Shown: positions 61,694 through 64,000 of the stretch, in pieces
Position numbering within the stretch: the first letter of the stretch is position 1
How the letters are laid out: each line of letters opens with the position of its first letter
From: Candidatus Zixiibacteriota bacterium
GTDB taxonomy: Bacteria; RBG-13-66-14; B26-G2; WVWN01
Assembly: GCA_050117845.1 (NCBI GenBank)
Contig: JASFLY010000004.1
Span: 32,001 to 96,000 of the forward strand
Reading direction: 5' to 3'
Length of the DNA stretch: 64,000 bases
The notes under the pieces: generated by a model
Databases searched by the model: none
What the model saw: only the letters and a program-made list of their open reading frames with translations
Told to the model about the DNA's origin: nothing
Program-made: the position numbers and the translations under genes

Positions 61694-63163
61694 TTATTCA
61701 CTCCGGCCCGCCGGGTCCGGGGGCCGGCCTCCGCCGAAGCCGAGTATCTCTTTTATCGCCGCCACGTCTTCGCGGCCCAACACGTGCAACAGGAAGAGGA
61801 GGGGTACGTACAGGCCGGGGCCGATAAGGAGCAAAGCCGGCCAGGGGACGTGGGGCCGAACGAGCCACACCGCCGCCCCCATCGCCGCCGCCGCGACGAC
61901 GGTCCGGAACGCCGCGCCGCCCAGCTTGCTCCGGTACACCAGCGCGAACGTGTATATGTAATTTTGGGCCACGGCCACGCCGAGCGAGATAAGAAGCGCC
62001 GCCGCCGCGCCCACCGCTCCCCACCGCGGGATGAGCAACAGGCAGGCCCCCGCCATCACGACGATGTTGACTACCAGGATGAGTACGCTCTTAAGCTGCT
62101 GTTCCGCCGCGAAGAGCGCCCGGTAGAAGACGTTGTTCATGTATATCGGAACGACGCCGAAGATAAGAAGGGAGAACACCGCCACCGAGCGGGCGAAATC
62201 GGTCTCGTAAACCAGCATGACGACCGGGTCCGCCAGCACGTACGCCCCGGCGGCCGCCGGCAGCGCCAACGCTACCATGTACCGCATGGATCGTTCGGCC
62301 AACCGAGTGAAGCGCGGCCTGTCCTCCCGCCACGCCCGCGAGAGGTTGGGGTACACCGCGTTCATGAACGATTCCGGCACGAGCGTCAACAGGAACATCA
62401 GCCGGTACGACGCGGAATATATGCCCACCTCCGTCGGCCCCACCAGCCGCTGGAGAAGCAGCACGTCCAGCCGCCAGTAGACCGAGGCCAGGACCGCCAG
62501 GCCCGCGAACGGCAGCGCGCCCCGCAGCATACGGACTATAAACGCCCCGTCGAATCGAACCCGCGTGCCCCGCGTCTGCCACAGGCACATCGGCACCGAT
62601 ATGGCCGCGGACGCGAACTCCACCCCCGCCCGCACGAAGAAGAGCGCGATGACGCCGTGGCCCATCCACAGTACGAGGATGCTCAGGCCGGTGATGAGGA
62701 CCCGTTTGATGAAGGTGAAGAGCGTGATGAACTCGGCCTTCTCGATGCCGATAAAGGACGACTCGGCCGCCGCCCCCAAAGACGCCGGGACCAGCGCGAA
62801 CGACGCCACGACCGCGGCGAGGTACGTGTCGCGGGCGAGGCCGTAGGCCGCGGCGACGCCGTTCATGGCGCCCACGAGCAGCAGCGCGACGGCGCCCACG
62901 AGCAGCGCGGCGTGCACGAAGTACTTGCCGGCGTCCTCCCGGTTCCGGCCTATCTCGCGGGGCAGGAAGTTCTGCAGGCCGAAGAAGGACACCAGCTCGA
63001 AGACCAGGTAGAAGGCCACGACGAACGAATACTTGCCGAAGTCCTCGACCCCTAGCCGCCGGGAGGCGTAGACTATCAGTAAAAATCCCGCCACCTGGTT
63101 GATAATCCGGGTGGCGAAGAGGGCGGTAGTATTCTTCGCGATTCGACGCTTCATCACCGTCAT
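61694..63163 (-). CDS. Wzx-type oligosaccharide/polysaccharide flippase
   Basis: IAKNT, R.LG.EDFG.Y, D.LLL, VGIYSASYRL, LIPRWGAVGAA.A; many TM helices. Confidence 0.9.
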   Translation of the reverse strand: MTVMKRRIAKNTTALFATRIINQVAGFLLIVYASRRLGVEDFGKYSFVVAFYLVFELVSFFGLQNFLPREIGRNREDAGKYFVHAALLVGAVALLLVGAMNGVAAAYGLARDTYLAAVVASFALVPASLGAAAESSFIGIEKAEFITLFTFIKRVLITGLSILVLWMGHGVIALFFVRAGVEFASAAISVPMCLWQTRGTRVRFDGAFIVRMLRGALPFAGLAVLASVYWRLDVLLLQRLVGPTEVGIYSASYRLMFLLTLVPESFMNAVYPNLSRAWREDRPRFTRLAERSMRYMVALALPAAAGAYVLADPVVMLVYETDFARSVAVFSLLIFGVVPIYMNNVFYRALFAAEQQLKSVLILVVNIVVMAGACLLLIPRWGAVGAAAALLISLGVAVAQNYIYTFALVYRSKLGGAAFRTVVAAAAMGAAVWLVRPHVPWPALLLIGPGLYVPLLFLLHVLGREDVAAIKEILGFGGGRPPDPAGRSE

Positions 63164-63286
63164 ATTGCCGCAAGGATAACATAACGGCCTTGCCAGTCAA
63201 GCCTAAGGATGATACGACGAGCCGCCGCCCGGCAAATAATTCCGGCCCGCCGGGCGCCGAAATATCTTATAATAAAAGGTTACCCT

Positions 63287-64000
63287 ATGCAGGCCGCCGC
63301 CGATAATTTTTACCTCGAGCGCGTCGCCCGCCACCCGGTCTTCCGGGAGGTCGCGGAGGCCGTGCGCGCACGTCCGGCCGAGGCCGTGCCGGTGGGGGGC
63401 CTCGCGGCCGGGGCCGCCGCCCTCTTCACCGCCGCCCTGCGCCGCGAACTCGGCCGGCCCGTCCTGACCGTCCTGGCCTCGCCCGAAGCGGCGGAGGCCT
63501 TCGCCGCCGACGCGCGGAGCTACGGCGGCGACGGCGCGCTCCTCCTCGAGCCGTACGGCGTGGTGCCGCTCCGGCCCGTCTCGCCTGGGCCCGCGGCCGC
63601 GGCCGGCCGCATCAAAACGCTCCTCTCGCTGGACGCCCCCGGCGCCTGGGCCGTGACTTCCGCGGCCACGCTGGGCCGCCGCCTGCCGCCCCCGAAGGAC
63701 TTACGCCGCGCCGCCGTCCGCATCGCGCCCGGCGACGCCCTCGACCTCGCTTCCCTGGAGGCCGACCTGCCCTGGCGCGGCTACGAGCGCGTGGGGATGG
63801 TGGAGGGGCCCGCGCAGTTCGCCCGGCGCGGCGCCCTACTCGACGTCTTCCCGGCCGGGGCCGAGCGGCCCGCCCGCGTCGAGTTCTTCGGCGATACGGC
63901 GGAGTCCATCCGGGGTTTCGACGTGGCGACGCAGCGCCGCGGCGCCGAACTCGCCGAACTCGTCCTCCCTCCCGCCCGGGAAGTGGTCCTCTCGCCGGAT
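63287..64000 (+). CDS. mfd: Transcription-repair coupling factor Mfd, N-terminal part (3' truncated)
   Basis: Manual translation from ATG 63287, open to the window end: ...GYERVGMVEGPAQFARRGALLDVFP...PARVEFFGDTAESIRGFDVATQR (UvrB-homology module). Confidence 0.85.
   Translation, partial: MQAAADNFYLERVARHPVFREVAEAVRARPAEAVPVGGLAAGAAALFTAALRRELGRPVLTVLASPEAAEAFAADARSYGGDGALLLEPYGVVPLRPVSPGPAAAAGRIKTLLSLDAPGAWAVTSAATLGRRLPPPKDLRRAAVRIAPGDALDLASLEADLPWRGYERVGMVEGPAQFARRGALLDVFPAGAERPARVEFFGDTAESIRGFDVATQRRGAELAELVLPPAREVVLSPD

Noticed and set aside
1..64000. CRISPR array, rRNA, IS or prophage
   Set aside because: No regularly spaced short repeats, rRNA-like stretch, or transposase, integrase or phage ORF recognised.

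Overview
GC-rich bacterial chromosomal window. No integrase, transposase, phage gene, CRISPR array or rRNA is visible. Type IX secretion-like (T9SS/FlgD-Ig) C-terminal domains, a PorV-like barrel and a Bacteroidetes-type conserved protein suggest a diderm FCB-related, probably uncultured, lineage (inference). Contents in order: (1) 3' end of phoU; a consensus sigma54 promoter with an NtrC-like upstream site; an in-frame receiver-Hsp20 ORF; a NYN/TPR protein; dnaK. (2) A 17 kb array of seven secreted M28 peptidase paralogues with T9SS-like CTDs. Six carry an Asp-box beta-propeller inserted inside the catalytic domain, one lacks the insert and one has lost catalytic residues. The array includes a 5.2 kb two-gene tandem duplication with mosaic segments. 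(3) coaD, uspA and an apparent operon containing archaeal-type lipid gene homologues (CDP-alcohol phosphatidyltransferase, degenerate DGGGP-synthase-like UbiA, geranylgeranyl reductase), a zinc-ribbon protein, a B12 radical SAM and ThiF/MoeB. (4) Outer-membrane barrels and tRNA-Ile2(CAT). (5) rel, pgeF, mrdA, rodA, an esterase, an epimerase-GT2 fusion, rpmB, glycosyltransferases, an amidohydrolase, pfkB, yggT, a spermidine-synthase-like membrane protein and a P-type ATPase. (6) DUF2062, a propeller-CTD protein and a porV-like gene. (7) A tandem array of seven 73-84 aa paralogous membrane proteins. (8) A flippase and the 5' end of mfd. Best candidates for undescribed biology are the modular M28-propeller array, the small membrane protein array and the archaeal-like lipid gene trio. 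All assignments are by motif recognition by eye; no database searches were run.
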